A stretch of 63,208 bases of DNA, filler included, from Octopus bimaculoides (lineage: Eukaryota): assembly GCF_001194135.2 (NCBI RefSeq). It is 5 parts of 4 records of this genome, joined end to end, with 100 filler letters (N's around TTAATTAATTAA, not from the genome) between each part and the next. Parts side by side here need not be neighbours in the genome. Positions count along the whole stretch, not along the records: positions 19,777 to 42,644 come from NC_068987.1; 4 more parts are not named here. One strand, given 5' to 3'. Below the pieces are notes generated by a model that was not told the origin of the DNA, did not search any database, and was given only the letters and a program-made list of their open reading frames with translations. How positions within the stretch are numbered: the first letter of the stretch is position 1; every line of letters starts with the position of its first letter. Positions 25,378-38,722 of this stretch are shown one piece after another. The position numbers and the translations under genes are program-made.

Positions 25378-25697
25378 ATGTAAAAACAACAAAATNNNNN
25401 NNNNNNNNNNNNNNNNNNNNNNNNNNNNNNNNNNNNNNNNNNNNNNNNNNNNNNNNNNNNNNNNNNNNNNNNNNNNNNNNNNNNNNNNNNNNNNNNNNNN
25501 NNNNNNNNNNNNNNNNNNNNNNNNNNNNNNNNNNNNNNNNNNNNNNNNNNNNNNNNNNNNNNNNNNNNNNNNNNNNNNNNNNNNNNNNNNNNNNNNNNNN
25601 NNNNNNNNNNNNNNNNNNNNNNNNNNNNNNNNNNNNNNNNNNNNNNNNNNNNNNNNNNNNNNNNNNNNNNNNNNNNNNNNNNNNNNNNNNNNNNNNN

Positions 25698-25868
25698 ACC
25701 GATGCTGGTGTGTTTACGTCCCTGTAACCTAGCGGTTCGGTAAAAGAGACCGATAGAATAAGTACTAGGCTTACAAAAAATAAGTCTTGGGGTCGATTTG
25801 CTCGACTAAAAGCGGTGCTCCAGCATGGCCACAGTCAAATGACTGAAACAAGTAAAAGAGTAAAAGAG
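25698..25868 (+). mobile_element. SINE family A, 3' half (5' part lies in a gap)
   Basis: ACCGATGCTGGTGTGTTTACGTCC...GACTGAAACAAGTAAAAGAGTAAAAGAG. Confidence 0.85.
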
Positions 25869-26854
25869 TAACCACTTGTCTTAGATATTTCGCCGGAGAG
25901 CAGAGTAAGCGTTCATGCCAGCTGACAACCACATAGGTACCTAGAACAGTTTGTGTAACCATGGTATATGTTACCAAGCCATACGCACGACTTAGTGCTC
26001 AGATCATTGACCACTAGGTTATTCGTACGATCTAGTGACCACGAAATTCTGTGGTTTGACGTCATAAGATCTTTGTTTCGATTCTTGGGTCGCGCAGGGC
26101 GTTATATTCATGTTACGTGTTTCTACTCAGCTGAACATAATTACCAAAGAGCTGGTGCATCTCTCTCTATCCTTCTGTCCCCCACCTGCAGTGTTACGTA
26201 ATAGATGTTCCATTCGTAGCTTCTCTTTCTTTTTTTTCTTTCAGTCATACTGAATTTAGAAATAATATTACGTATTACGCACATTGTTTATTAAAAATCT
26301 GGATGTGGTTTCGACGAATATAGAGTTGCTGTTGTTGTCGTTGTTGTTGTTGTTGTTATAGTTTATCCACAGGTCAGTTCTCACCGAACAGATATATAAT
26401 ATATATACAGAGAGAGAAAGAGAGAGAGCTCAGTCAATTAACATGGTAACCAGCCGGCAGTTGTTGGAGAGTCGGATACAACGCTTTGTAGTATTTTGCT
26501 TCCAGCGGATCACTTTCTGCCTCACGAGTTCAAACCTCATCGAGATCAAATTTGCCTTTGTGCTTAATCATCAGGTAGCCCGTTTTTTTTTTTTTTTTTT
26601 TTTTTTTTTNNNNNNNNNNTTTTTTTTTTTTTTTTGTTTTTTTTTTGCATGATGTCAGGGACGATTCTGTATGCAGTAGTAGCACTGTTTCAGATGTGAG
26701 AGCCAAAACTCCATGGTGTTCCTCACCTGAGCTTTGTGAAGTATCAATAATCAGTGAGAGTTGAAATATCTTGTCGCCCCTACAGAGAAAGGCAGTATAT
26801 AGCGTAGTATAAATTGCGATGCTATATGTTATATATATATATTTTTTTTTCCTT

Positions 26855-27305
26855 CAGAGGAAGGATAAGTCATTTACATCGCCTCCAGTGCTAAACTGGT
26901 ACTTAATTAATCGACCAGAAAGGATGAAAGGCAATATTGACTTCTGCGGAATTTGAACTCAGAACATAAAGACGTATGAAATGACGCTGAGCATTTCCCC
27001 CATTTTCTTCGGCACGCTAGCGATTCTACTAGCACACTCTCTTAGATATACATGTATATTAATATTTGTTTTTATGATATATACTCCATTCTACTATAGG
27101 CGCAAAGGCCTGAAATTTCGGAGCAGGTGGCAGTAGATTATCGATTACATCGACTTCTGTACTTGATTGGTACTTATTTTATCGACCTCGAATGGCTGAA
27201 GGCAAGGTCGACCTCGGTGGAATTTGAACTCAACGTAAAGATGGATTTAATGTCGTTAAGCAATTTGCCAGACTTGCTAACGGTTCTACCAGCTCGCCGC
27301 CTTAT
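26855..27305 (-). mobile_element. Two tandem SINE family C copies
   Basis: Reverse complement of the family C head, core and tail, present twice. Confidence 0.78.
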
Positions 27306-27365
27306 ATACATAGATGTATATTAATATTTATTCTTTTTGCCATGGAATAGAAACAGTTTTACATT

Positions 27366-27425
27366 CGACCAAAAGCCTTGTGAGTGGATTTGGTAGACGG
27401 AAACTGAAGAAAGCTCGTCGTGTAT

Positions 27426-27480
<55 letters not shown>

Positions 27481-27482
27481 TA

Positions 27483-27513
<31 letters not shown>

Positions 27514-27670
27514 ATGTGTGTGTGTGTGTGTGTGTGTTTGTCACTACATTTCCACTTGACAACCGGTGTTGGTGTGTTTACGCTCCCGTAACCTAGCGAT
27601 TTGCTCGACTAAAAGCGGTACTCCAGCGTGGCCGCAGTCAAATGACTGAAACAAGTAAAAGAGTAAAAGA
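27366..27670 (+). mobile_element. SINE family A, 5'-truncated
   Basis: CGACCAAAAGCCTTGTGAGTGGATTTGGTAGACGGAAACTG, then a microsatellite, then the tail. Confidence 0.85.
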
Positions 27671-28339
27671 GGATATGTGATTGAATTATTTGATTTTACC
27701 AATCCACGCCAAATTAATGGCAGGGAATTTTACCATCTTGTTGGTTGCATCTGGCTCGCCAAAAGTTACAAACAACAGGACCCCAAAACCATCAGTTACC
27801 AGGCTCACCTTAAGTAACCTAGATTTTGAGTTGGTGATAATAGCACAGATTGCAGCTAATTTAGATCTATCAATAATTATTCAATACAACAGTAATTGTA
27901 AAAGCATATCAGATATACACAAGTTAAAATTACCTACATCCCATAAATATAAATTTGATTTATGAAAAATCCCTTTTAATTAATTTTGATATTTAAAAAG
28001 TAAATTTAGAATATAAGCACTTTTAACCAGTGCCTTTTCTGGACAGCCTTACTACATGCCTTCAGGTCTTCCCATAAAGACACAGCCAAAAGATGACTGT
28101 ATTCCTGCCCCATATCTGAAGCATATAATACATTAATGAACTAGCCTGATTAAATAATTAACTAAAAAGAAAAGGAAAGCAACTAAAAAGGAAAAGCAAA
28201 AAAAGCAGATAACAAATTAATTAAAGCTGAAAGAGAAAATTAATTATAAAAGTTAAACTTATCCTAAAAGTTAAACTTACCCATATTAAAAATAACTTTA
28301 TTAAATATTTACTTAAAAAAAAAGTTATATATACGAAGG

Positions 28340-28442
28340 TAAAGTCAACCACGGTAGAATTTTGAATTCAGAACGAAAAGACAGACGACACACCGCTATG
28401 CATTTCACCCGGCGCGCTAACGTTTCTGCCAACTCGCCGCGT
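28340..28442 (-). mobile_element. SINE family C, 5' fragment
   Basis: GGCGAGTTGGCAGAAACGTTAGCGCGCCGGGTGAAATGC on the minus strand. Confidence 0.7.
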
Positions 28443-28974
28443 TAGAATGCAAAATTTCATTTTAGAAATATATTCTTATCTTAACATTATTGCATTGAGC
28501 ATTGCTTCCTACTTACTGACAATAAATTTCATATTTCACCTCATAACTTTTTTCTACTAATTTTTGTTCAATACGACTAACGATTCTGAATTCTCATGCA
28601 TTTTTCTATCATTTAAGCCCAAGAAAAGTATACTTTTATTTTAGAATAAAAAAAAAAATTATGTTAATTGAAGATGAATAGGTACCTAACTGCTCCCCTT
28701 TAGACCTCACATATTTTGATGTAACTTTTTCTCTACTGAACCAAATCTCAAACTATGTATGCCAAAGTATAGCGGATGAGGTGTCCTCTTTAAAACTGTT
28801 AACAGTTTACAATTTAGTTGAGAACTGAATTAGTGGTGAAGGTTGGAAGCTCCTGCGATTGACGTAATGGTGGACTTAAGAATATATTCAACCGCTACCG
28901 TGGTTGAATGATATATAAAAATAATAACATAAATATATATAAATTATAAAAATAATTTTTAAATATATACAGTA

Positions 28975-29054
28975 CAGTACTGTTACTTGCTTCGCGGATT
29001 TTTACCTCTCACGGGAGTTTTGGAGCGTAACACCTGCTATAGTCGAGGGATTAC

Positions 29055-29058
<4 letters not shown>
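28975..29058. mobile_element. pogo/Tigger-like MITE terminus
   Basis: ...GCTTCGCGGATTTTTACCT...CGAGGGATTACTGTA, a TA-flanked CAGTAATCCCTCG-type TIR. A related copy lies at 50090-50168. Confidence 0.6.
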
Positions 29059-29085
<27 letters not shown>

Positions 29086-30173
29086 NNNNNNNNNNNNNNN
29101 NNNNNNNNNNNNNNNNNNNNNNNNNNNNNNNNNNNNNNNNNNNNNNNNNNNNNNNNNNNNNNNNNNNNNNNNNNNNNNNNNNNNNNNNNNNNNNNNNNNN
29201 NNNNNNNNNNNNNNNNNNNNNNNNNNNNNNNNNNNNNNNNNNNNNNNNNNNNNNNNNNNNNNNNNNNNNNNNNNNNNNNNNNNNNNNNNNNNNNNNNNNN
29301 NNNNNNNNNNNNNNNNNNNNNNNNNNNNNNNNNNNNNNNNNNNNNNNNNNNNNNNNNNNNNNNNNNNNNNNNNNNNNNNNNNNNNNNNNNNNNNNNNNNN
29401 NNNNNNNNNNNNNNNNNNNNNNNNNNNNNNNNNNNNNNNNNNNNNNNNNNNNNNNNNNNNNNNNNNNNNNNNNNNNNNNNNNNNNNNNNNNNNNNNNNNN
29501 NNNNNNNNNNNNNNNNNNNNNNNNNNNNNNNNNNNNNNNNNNNNNNNNNNNNNNNNNNNNNNNNNNNNNNNNNNNNNNNNNNNNNNNNNNNNNNNNNNNN
29601 NNNNNNNNNNNNNNNNNNNNNNNNNNNNNNNNNNNNNNNNNNNNNNNNNNNNNNNNNNNNNNNNNNNNNNNNNNNNNNNNNNNNNNNNNNNNNNNNNNNN
29701 NNNNNNNNNNNNNNNNNNNNNNNNNNNNNNNNNNNNNNNNNNNNNNNNNNNNNNNNNNNNNNNNNNNNNNNNNNNNNNNNNNNNNNNNNNNNNNNNNNNN
29801 NNNNNNNNNNNNNNNNNNNNNNNNNNNNNNNNNNNNNNNNNNNNNNNNNNNNNNNNNNNNNNNNNNNNNNNNNNNNNNNNNNNNNNNNNNNNNNNNNNNN
29901 NNNNNNNNNNNNNNNNNNNNNNNTGTGCGTCTGTGCATTTCTTAGAAATTGACAGCTACGTTTGGAAGTGAATACAAAGAAAATTGAACAATAATAAAGA
30001 GATAGTGGGTGAGTGAATGCGCGAGTGTGTGTGTGTGTGTGTGTGTGTTTATGAGTGTGTGTGTGTGTGTGTGTGCGTGCGTGCGTGCGTGTGTGTGTGT
30101 GATTGTGTGTCTGTGCGCGAAAGACGGCGTGAGGCAGTAAGCAAAATGATCGGGACAAAATTATCAGAAAGAA

Positions 30174-30211
<38 letters not shown>

Positions 30212-30648
30212 ACTAATTTATGTACAAAACACTTGTCTGGATAAAGAATGAGATATATGGAATACCCAAAGAATGAAGAAACAGAAAAGATCCACCCGAA
30301 AGGGAATAAACACGGTGCAGCAAGACCAGAGTACCTGAGAAGCTACAGAGTAGTGGTTCTCAACCGGGATCCAATATGGCCCTTGGAGGTTCATATAAGC
30401 TTCCGTTGCTAAAATCGATGTGCAATAAAATTGGTTATACTTCTACATGGTGTATTTATGCTGTATTAGGTATTGTGGAATGGTGTATTTATACAGTATG
30501 AGCTGTGGGATGTTGATCTTTTTAAAGTGAAGTATCATGTGTTGTGGGATGGTGTGTTTCTATAGTGTAATATTGCGTGGTTTGAGATGATGTATTTGCA
30601 TATGAAATACTGTGAGTTGTGGGATGACGTAGTTATATAGAATAGTAT

Positions 30649-30940
30649 GTGGAAGCACAATGGCCCAGTGGTTAGAGCAGCGGACTCGTGGTCATATGAT
30701 CGCGGTTTCGATTCCCAGACCGGGCGTTGTGAGTGTTTATTGAGCGAAAACACCTAAAAGCTCCACGAGGCTCCGGCAGGGGATGGTGGCGAACCCTGCT
30801 ATACTCTTCCACCACAACTTTCTCTCACTCTTACTTCCTCTTTCTGTTGTGCCTATAATTCAAAGGGTCAGCCTTGTCACACTCTGTGTCACGCTGAATC
30901 TCCCCGAGAACTACGTTAAGGGTACACGTGTGTGTGGAGT
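30649..30940 (+). mobile_element. SINE family B (3' part lies in a gap)
   Basis: Family B head and body run into the N-gap. Confidence 0.9.
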
Positions 30941-31963
30941 NNNNNNNNNNNNNNNNNNNNNNNNNNNNNNNNNNNNNNNNNNNNNNNNNNNNNNNNNNNN
31001 NNNNNNNNNNNNNNNNNNNNNNNNNNNNNNNNNNNNNNNNNNNNNNNNNNNNNNNNNNNNNNNNNNNNNNNNNNNNNNNNNNNNNNNNNNNNNNNNNNNN
31101 NNNNNNNNNNNNNNNNNNNNNNNNNNNNNNNNNNNNNNNNNNNNNNNNNNNNNNNNNNNNNNNNNNNNNNNNNNNNNNNNNNNNNNNNNNNNNNNNNNNN
31201 NNNNNNNNNNNNNNNNNNNNNNNNNNNNNNNNNNNNNNNNNNNNNNNNNNNNNNNNNNNNNNNNNNNNNNNNNNNNNNNNNNNNNNNNNNNNNNNNNNNN
31301 NNNNNNNNNNNNNNNNNNNNNNNNNNNNNNNNNNNNNNNNNNNNNNNNNNNNNNNNNNNNNNNNNNNNNNNNNNNNNNNNNNNNNNNNNNNNNNNNNNNN
31401 NNNNNNNNNNNNNNNNNNNNNNNNNNNNNNNNNNNNNNNNNNNNNNNNNNNNNNNNNNNNNNNNNNNNNNNNNNNNNNNNNNNNNNNNNNNNNNNNNNNN
31501 NNNNNNNNNNNNNNNNNNNNNNNNNNNNNNNNNNNNNNNNNNNNNNNNNNNNNNNNNNNNNNNNNNNNNNNNNNNNNNNNNNNNNNNNNNNNNNNNNNNN
31601 NNNNNNNNNNNNNNNNNNNNNNNNNNNNNNNNNNNNNNNNNNNNNNNNNNNNNNNNNNNNNNNNNNNNNNNNNNNNNNNNNNNNGTGGTGGTGGTGGTGG
31701 TGGTGGGGCCGGATGGTTAATGAGATGTAATTGGTCTACAGTAGGCCAAGGACACACAGCTTTGTTCCGCACGCACTTAAGTGAATGTACAATTACATGC
31801 ATACGTATCTGCACATGTGTATGTTTGTGTGTGTGTGTGTTGTGTGTGTGTGCGCGTGTATATGTGTATGTGTGTGCGTGCATGTGTGTGTGTGTATACA
31901 CACATACAGTCCAGAACAGCAATGAGTTTGTTCTACATATATAAATACCTACACACACATACT

Positions 31964-31996
<33 letters not shown>

Positions 31997-32998
31997 ACAC
32001 TGCCAAAACCACGCACATAAGTATCCCGAATATTGCGGCCAATTGGTGCATTAGGGTACCGCAATATTCGGAACATTACATATATAAGCCTACAATATAT
32101 GTGCTAGTGTGTGTGTGGTAGGGCGCATGAGTGTGTGTTTATGTNNNNNNNNNNNNNNNNNNNNNNNNNNNNNNNNNNNNNNNNNNNNNNNNNNNNNNNN
32201 NNNNNNNNNNNNNNNNNNNNNNNNNNNNNNNNNNNNNNNNNNNNNNNNNNNNNNNNNNNNNNNNNNNNNNNNNNNNNNNNNNNNNNNNNNNNNNNNNNNN
32301 NNNNNNNNNNNNNNNNNNNNNNNNNNNNNNNNNNNNNNNNNNNNNNNNNNNNNNNNNNNNNNNNNNNNNNNNNNNNNNNNNNNNNNNNNNNNNNNNNNNN
32401 NNNNNNNNNNNNNNNNNNNNNNNNNNNNNNNNNNNNNNNNNNNNNNNNNNNNNNNNNNNNNNNNNNNNNNNNNNNNNNNNNNNNNNNNNNNNNNNNNNNN
32501 NNNNNNNNNNNNNNNNNNNNNNNNNNNNNNNNNNNNNNNNNNNNNNNNNNNNNNNNNNNNNNNNNNNNNNNNNNNNNNNNNNNNNNNNNNNNNNNNNNNN
32601 NNNNNNNNNNNNNNNNNNNNNNNNNNNNNNNNNNNNNNNNNNNNNNNNNNNNNNNNNNNNNNNNNNNNNNNNNNNNNNNNNNNNNNNNNNNNNNNNNNNN
32701 NNNNNNNNNNNNNNNNNNNNNNNNNNNNNNNNNNNNNNNNNNNNNNNNNNNNNNNNNNNNNNNNNNNNNNNNNNNNNNNNNNNNNNNNNNNNNNNNNNNN
32801 NNNNNNNNNNNNNNNNNNNNNNNNNNNNNNNNNNNNNNNNNNNNNNNNNNNNNNNNNNNNNNNNNNNNNNNNNNNNNNNNNNNNNNNNNNNNNNNNNNNN
32901 NNNNNNNNNNNNNNNNNNNNNNNNNNNNNNNNNNNNNNNNNNNNNNNNNNNNNNNNNNNNNNNNNNNNNNNNNNNNNNNNNNNNNNNNNNNNNNNNNN

Positions 32999-33378
32999 GT
33001 TGTTTGTTGGCACTCCGTCGCTTACGACGTCGAGGGTTCCAGTTGATCCGATCAACGGAACAACCTGCTCGTGAAATTAACGTGCAAGTGGCTGAGCACT
33101 CCACAGACACGTGTGTACCCTTAACGTAGTTCTCGAGGATATTCAGCGTGACACGGCTGACCCTTTGAATTACAGGTACGACAGAAAGAGGAAGTAAGAG
33201 TAAGAGAAAGTTGTGGTGGAAGAGTACAGCAGGGTTCGCCACCATCCCCTGCCGGAGCCTCGTGGAGCTTTAGGTGTCTTCGCTCAATAAACACTCACAA
33301 CGCCCGGTCTGGGAATCAAAACTGCGATCCTATGACCACGAGTCCGCTGCCCTAACCACTGGGCCATTGCGCCTCCAC
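32999..33378 (-). mobile_element. SINE family B, full length
   Basis: As at 23128-23515, with small deletions. Confidence 0.92.
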
Positions 33379-33409
33379 TCTGACTGAATAAGTTTATTAT
33401 TATTTCGAA

Positions 33410-33822
33410 TTTTGACTCCAGGCCAGCAGTTTTGGGAGAGGGTGTATACCGATTACGTCGACCCAGTGTTTAACTGGTACTTATTTTGTCAACCCCGGAA
33501 GGATGAAAGGCAAAGTTGACCTCGGTGGAATTTGAACTCAGAACGTTAAAAGACGGAATGCCGCTGAGCATTTTCCCACCGTGCTAACGATTTTACCATC
33601 TCGATGCCTTTAACACTTCGTTTTATATTGATTTTGATACAAGGCCAATAATTTTGTGGAAGGAGTTAAGTCAATTATATCGACCCCAGTGCTCAACTTG
33701 CACTTTATTGACCCCGAAAATATCAATGGCAAAGTTGACTTCGGCGGAATTTGAACTCAAAATGTAAAGACCGATGAAATACTTCAAAACATTTTGCCCG
33801 GTGAGCTAACTATTCTGCTAGC
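33410..33822 (-). mobile_element. Two tandem SINE family C copies
   Basis: GGATGAAAGGCAAAGTTGACCTCGG.GGAATTTGAACTC motif, present twice. Confidence 0.78.
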
Positions 33823-34508
33823 GTAGGTTCNNNNNNNNNNNNNNNNNNNNNNNNNNNNNNNNNNNNNNNNNNNNNNNNNNNNNNNNNNNNNNNNNNNNNN
33901 NNNNNNNNNNNNNNNNNNNNNNNNNNNNNNNNNNNNNNNNNNNNNNNNNNNNNNNNNNNNNNNNNNNNNNNNNNNNNNNNNNNNNNNNNNNNNNNNNNNN
34001 NNNNNNNNNNNNNNNNNNNNNNNNNNNNNNNNNNNNNNNNNNNNNNNNNNNNNNNNNNNNNNNNNNNNNNNNNNNNNNNNNNNNNNNNNNNNNNNNNNNN
34101 NNNNNNNNNNNNNNNNNNNNNNNNNNNNNNNNNNNNNNNNNNNNNNNNNNNNNNNNNNNNNNNNNNNNNNNNNNNNNNNNNNNNNNNNNNNNNNNNNNNN
34201 NNNNNNNNNNNNNNNNNNNNNNNNNNNNNNNNNNNNNNNNNNNNNNNNNNNNNNNNNNNNNNNNNNNNNNNNNNNNNNNNNNNNNNNNNNNNNNNNNNNN
34301 NNNNNNNNNNNNNNNNNNNNNNNNNNNNNNNNNNNNNNNNNNNNNNNNNNNNNNNNNNNNNNNNNNNNNNNNNNNNNNNNNNNNNNNNNNNNNNNNNNNN
34401 NNNNNNNNNNNNNNNNNNNNNNNNNNNNNNNNNNNNNNNNNNNNNNNNNNNNNNNNNNNNNNNNNNNNNNNNNNNNNNNNNNNNNNNNNNNNNNNNNNNN
34501 NNNNNNNT

Positions 34509-34807
34509 TGAGCGAAAACACCTAAAGCTCCACGAGGCTCCGGAAGGGGATGGTGATGAACCCTGCTGTACTCTTTCACCACAACTTTCTCTCACTCTTA
34601 CTTCCTGTTTCTGTTGTGCCTGTAATTAAAAGGGTTAGCCTTGTCACACTGTGTCACGCTGAATATCTTCCGAGAACTACGTTATGGGTACACGTGTCTG
34701 TGGAGTGCTCAGCCACTTGCACGTTAATTTCACGAGCAGGCTGTTCCGTTGATCGGATCAATTGGAACCCTCGACGTCGTAAGCGACGGAGTGCCTACAA
34801 CAACAAC
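34509..34807 (+). mobile_element. SINE family B (5' part lies in a gap)
   Basis: Family B body and CAACAACAA tail. Confidence 0.9.
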
Positions 34808-34984
34808 ATGTGTAGGTTGAAGTATGTAAAATGTCAGAGAAAGAACCCCAGCAAAAAATTTTCAGGAGACTTTAAAATACTATTGTAGGTCCCCACATTA
34901 CTATTTTGTTGTGTGGTCCTCCAGGGATTGTATGGACCCCGGCTGAGAAGCATTGATCTAAAGTATCGCCCTTCCTTAGCGCTA

Positions 34985-35465
34985 CGCTAATTCTTACTCT
35001 GGTACAGTTGCATTTACACTCACTCTAACATATTCACATACAATCACTCTCACTCAGACGCATACACGCACTCACACTCATGCTCACATAGTCATACTCA
35101 CACTCGCATACGCATTCATAGACACTGTGACACAGATACACATACACATACTCAGACACTCACAGTCACGCTTGCATGACCCCGTTCACGCTCGCATACC
35201 TATTCATCCACAGTTATACTCACAGTCGTACTTGCGGTCACACTCACATACAAGTAATCGCAGTCACGCTCACACACACACATATACAGACACTCATACA
35301 GTTACACTCACATACACACAATCCACGCTGGCTCACACGCGCGGAGATATTCATATACTCACGCTGACATACACTCACATTTATATACACAGATTCACAC
35401 AGTCATATTTTCATGCACATATGCACACAGACACGCACAAGTACACACTTACTCACACACACGCT

Positions 35466-35519
<54 letters not shown>

Positions 35520-35930
35520 TACACTGACTCAAAGAACCACGCAGACACATACACGCTCACATTCGTTCACACAACTAGACATTCACCGTCATCCCCCTCC
35601 TCCACACTGCCACATCAACCAAACCCACCACCTCCACCACCACCACCACCACCATCTCCCTACCACCGCCATCATCACAACAACCATCACCACCACCAGC
35701 ACCACACCCATCATCATCATCATCACCATCACCACTTCCACCATCACCGTCACAACCACCATCACTACGACCACCACAATTGTATCCATCACCACTACTA
35801 CCACCACCACTGTATTTAATCACCACCGCCACCACCACTGTATCCACCACCACTGTATCCACCACCACCGCTGCTGTAGCCATCATCACCACCATCATCA
35901 TCACCACCATCACCCCCACCTACTTACATC
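34985..35930. repeat. Low-complexity (CA)n / (CAC)n / (CAT)n tract
   Basis: Degenerate simple repeats; source of the spurious His/Thr-rich ORFs. Confidence 0.9.
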
Positions 35931-36300
35931 AATATAATATAAAGAAAAAATAACTTGTATGAAGTTTACTTTAGTCACATGATCAAAATTCTTTTCTTTT
36001 CCTCCTCTGCCTTCTCCCCACACAATTTTATCAGGTTTCAAACCGTTAATTTCTATCCAGTCAATTAACCAATTAACAGAAAAATGCAGGATGTTCTCCT
36101 CATATTATTTTCTTCTTTTCCCTTTCTCATTTATGCTTCTCACTCTCTTTCTCTTCTTACGCTTTTCTCTAACCTTCTCTCTTCTTCATGTCTCGTCTCA
36201 TTTTTTTAATTTCACGTTTGCTTGCCTTTTCTCACTCTCTCTTTCCCCACTCTCTCTCCTACCTTTCGTCTGGCCATCAACATACATACTCACCTTTCAG

Positions 36301-36359
<59 letters not shown>

Positions 36360-36441
36360 GTCTGTCTGTCTGTCTGTCTGTCTGTCGACCACCTTGTCTG
36401 CCTGCATGTCTTTCTATAAGCGTATGTATAGATATATAGAA

Positions 36442-36729
36442 ACGTCGCCCATTCAAAGACTAGCCAGGCTCATGGGTCCGGTTTCCCGGTTTCTATGGCG
36501 TATGTGTTCCCCCAGCTGGACGGGACGCCAGTCCATCGCAGCGTTACTCAAGAAACAGGAAGAAAGAGTGAGAGAAAGTTGGGGAGAAAGAGTACACCAC
36601 CCCCTACCGGAGCCTCGTGGAGCTTAGGTGTTTTCGTTCAATAAACACTTACAACGCCCGGTCTGGGAATCGAAACAGCGATCCTCCGACCGCGAGTCCG
36701 CTGCCCCAACCACTGGGCCATTGCTCCAC
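36442..36729 (-). mobile_element. Chimeric SINE: family B head with a V-SINE-like 3' part
   Basis: Family B head up to CTTCCTGTTTCT, then GCTGCGATGGACTGGCGTCCCGTCCAGCTGGGG in place of the family B tail. Confidence 0.75.
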
Positions 36730-36804
36730 CACTGTATAGATATATACATACGTATATATATATACACACATACATACATACATACATACATACATACAAT
36801 TATA

Positions 36805-37140
36805 TCTACTACATATGTGGGAAATTCTGTCTGTGGGTGTGTTTGTGGAGTTGTTAGCTAATTCCTCCTACATCGTTTTATCGATTTTGATGAAACTTGA
36901 CACACGAGTAGAACTATGCCATGGTAACCGATAATAGGGCCCCTGGAAGGGATCCTTATATATAGCCAAGGGAAATAACCCATTCATTTTCCTAAATTGT
37001 TTGGTAAAAATGAAATTGAGTATGCTTATTTCTTAGTATTTGAACTGTTAGAGTTATTTTCGCAGTTTATCCAGTACAACGCTTAAACAAGTAAATAGTA
37101 TTTTCCTAAACAATAGATCCACTTATTTCGATTAGCGACT
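36805..37140 (+). mobile_element. Non-autonomous Helitron-like 5' portion
   Basis: A|TCTACTACATAT..TTCTGTCTGT..TCGATTTTGATGAAACTTGACACAC, the same style of 5' end as at 15195. Confidence 0.5.
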
Positions 37141-37285
37141 TATTCCTGAATATGCCAGCACTTGCGCCTCTGAGGGTAATATTCTCTGGGAACGCACTAC
37201 CTCATGATTGTGAGCCTGTCGTTCTAACCACTGAGCCATGCACCTTCACATACGCCGGCAAAGACTTCTATATTCCAAGGGCAGA

Positions 37286-37600
37286 AAAGGCGGTGAGCTA
37301 GTAAAATCGTTAGCGCGTTTGGTAAAACGTCTTGCAGTATCTCTTTAATCTGGTGAGTTGGCAGATTATCAGTTATCTGGCGAGTTGGCAGATAACCTTC
37401 ACTCTAACCCTAACCGCGCCGAGAAAAATGCTTTGTGGCATTTCGTCCGTCTTTACGTTCTGAGTTCAAATGCCGCCGAGGTAACTTTACTTTTCATCCT
37501 TTCGGGGTCGATTAAATAAGTACCAGTTGAGCACTGGGGTCGATGTAATCGACTTACTCCTCCGCCAAAATTTCTAGCCTTGTACCAAAATTTGAAACCA
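37286..37600 (+). mobile_element. SINE family C with a triplicated head
   Basis: GG(C/T)GAG(C/T)T(A/G)G.A.A head motif three times, then core and tail. Confidence 0.78.
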
Positions 37601-37631
37601 ATATTTCAGGCAGAGATTTTGCGGATATGAT

Positions 37632-37823
37632 TTAACCTTCAACAGTTAAACCAGCCACATCTGGCTCAAATATTCTGCTTTATGTTCAAAATGTCTAAAC
37701 CTGGCTTCTCATACCTCACCTATAATGTTTTAAAAATAAGCAATCGCATCTTCGAAATCTCATAAAAATGTGAATAAAATAAGCATTACATCTGACAAAG
37801 TATTCTGAATGCTAAAGGGTTAA
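37632..37823. mobile_element. piggyBac-type MITE
   Basis: TTAACC... at the left end and ...GAATGCTAAAGGGTTAA at the right end: TTAA target duplications with CCC/GGG-type termini. Confidence 0.65.
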
Positions 37824-38690
37824 TTCAATGAACTTGATCCACTATCTCAATTCTTTATAATGATTTATATTATCTACCCCGGATGGATGAAATTTTCTAT
37901 CGATTCGAGTAGATTTTGAACCTAGAAGATAAAGTGACGTAACCGAACACCACAGATTTTTGTATACGTATCTACGCTTTCTGTCATACAACTAACCCGT
38001 GTCTGCTACGACTCATATATTAACTACACTTTCTTATTGTATTTTTTCAACATAATATCGTTTTTGTTTTTTTTGTTTTTTTTACTACGTCCTCTCTCCA
38101 CGCTTCAGTGACATATAACCATATCATTTACTGATAATAAAAAAAAATTCGCCTGTCGACATATTTTTCAGTGAAATCGTCGTAATATTTCGTTCGCGCC
38201 TCATTCGTTCTATTTGTTTAAAACTATCGTCTGCTTATAGGAGTTGAGTGTCGTTTGCGCATAATTTCTTTTGAAGGTGACAACGGAGGAGATTTTGATT
38301 ATAGTATTGTTTCTCGATTTCAGAGACAGGAGAACGAACACGCCCGAGAAAAATAAAGGAAAAAATATCAAAACAAATAAATCATATTTCAACAGGAAAG
38401 ATTGAAGGTCTTATGATGCACGCAGATATAAACACACTTATACACACTAATACAAATACGTATACTTGCGCGCACACGCATGCACAGACTCACACATATA
38501 TATACACACACGCACGCACACACTCGCGCGCGTACACATACACGCACAGGAAACACATACATACACGTCATACGCATTTCACACGACACAAACATCCTTT
38601 TGGAAATATGAGCTCACACAAACACATATACCTATAGATAGATAGATAAACATATATCTATTTAATATATTTCTATTTATAAATCTTTAA

Positions 38691-38722
<32 letters not shown>

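Noticed and set aside
26728-26780. Possible minus-strand exon (TGTAG|GGCGAC...CTCAG|GTGAGG)
   Set aside because: The splice sites look plausible, but the length is not compatible with phase 0-0 and there is no TSR or PLAC similarity.
27681-28120. Short open frames on both strands in unique-looking sequence
   Set aside because: No recognisable domain or consistent splice signals.
35127-35937. His/Thr-rich ORFs of 114-230 aa
   Set aside because: Translations of (CA)n, (CAC)n and (CAT)n simple repeats.
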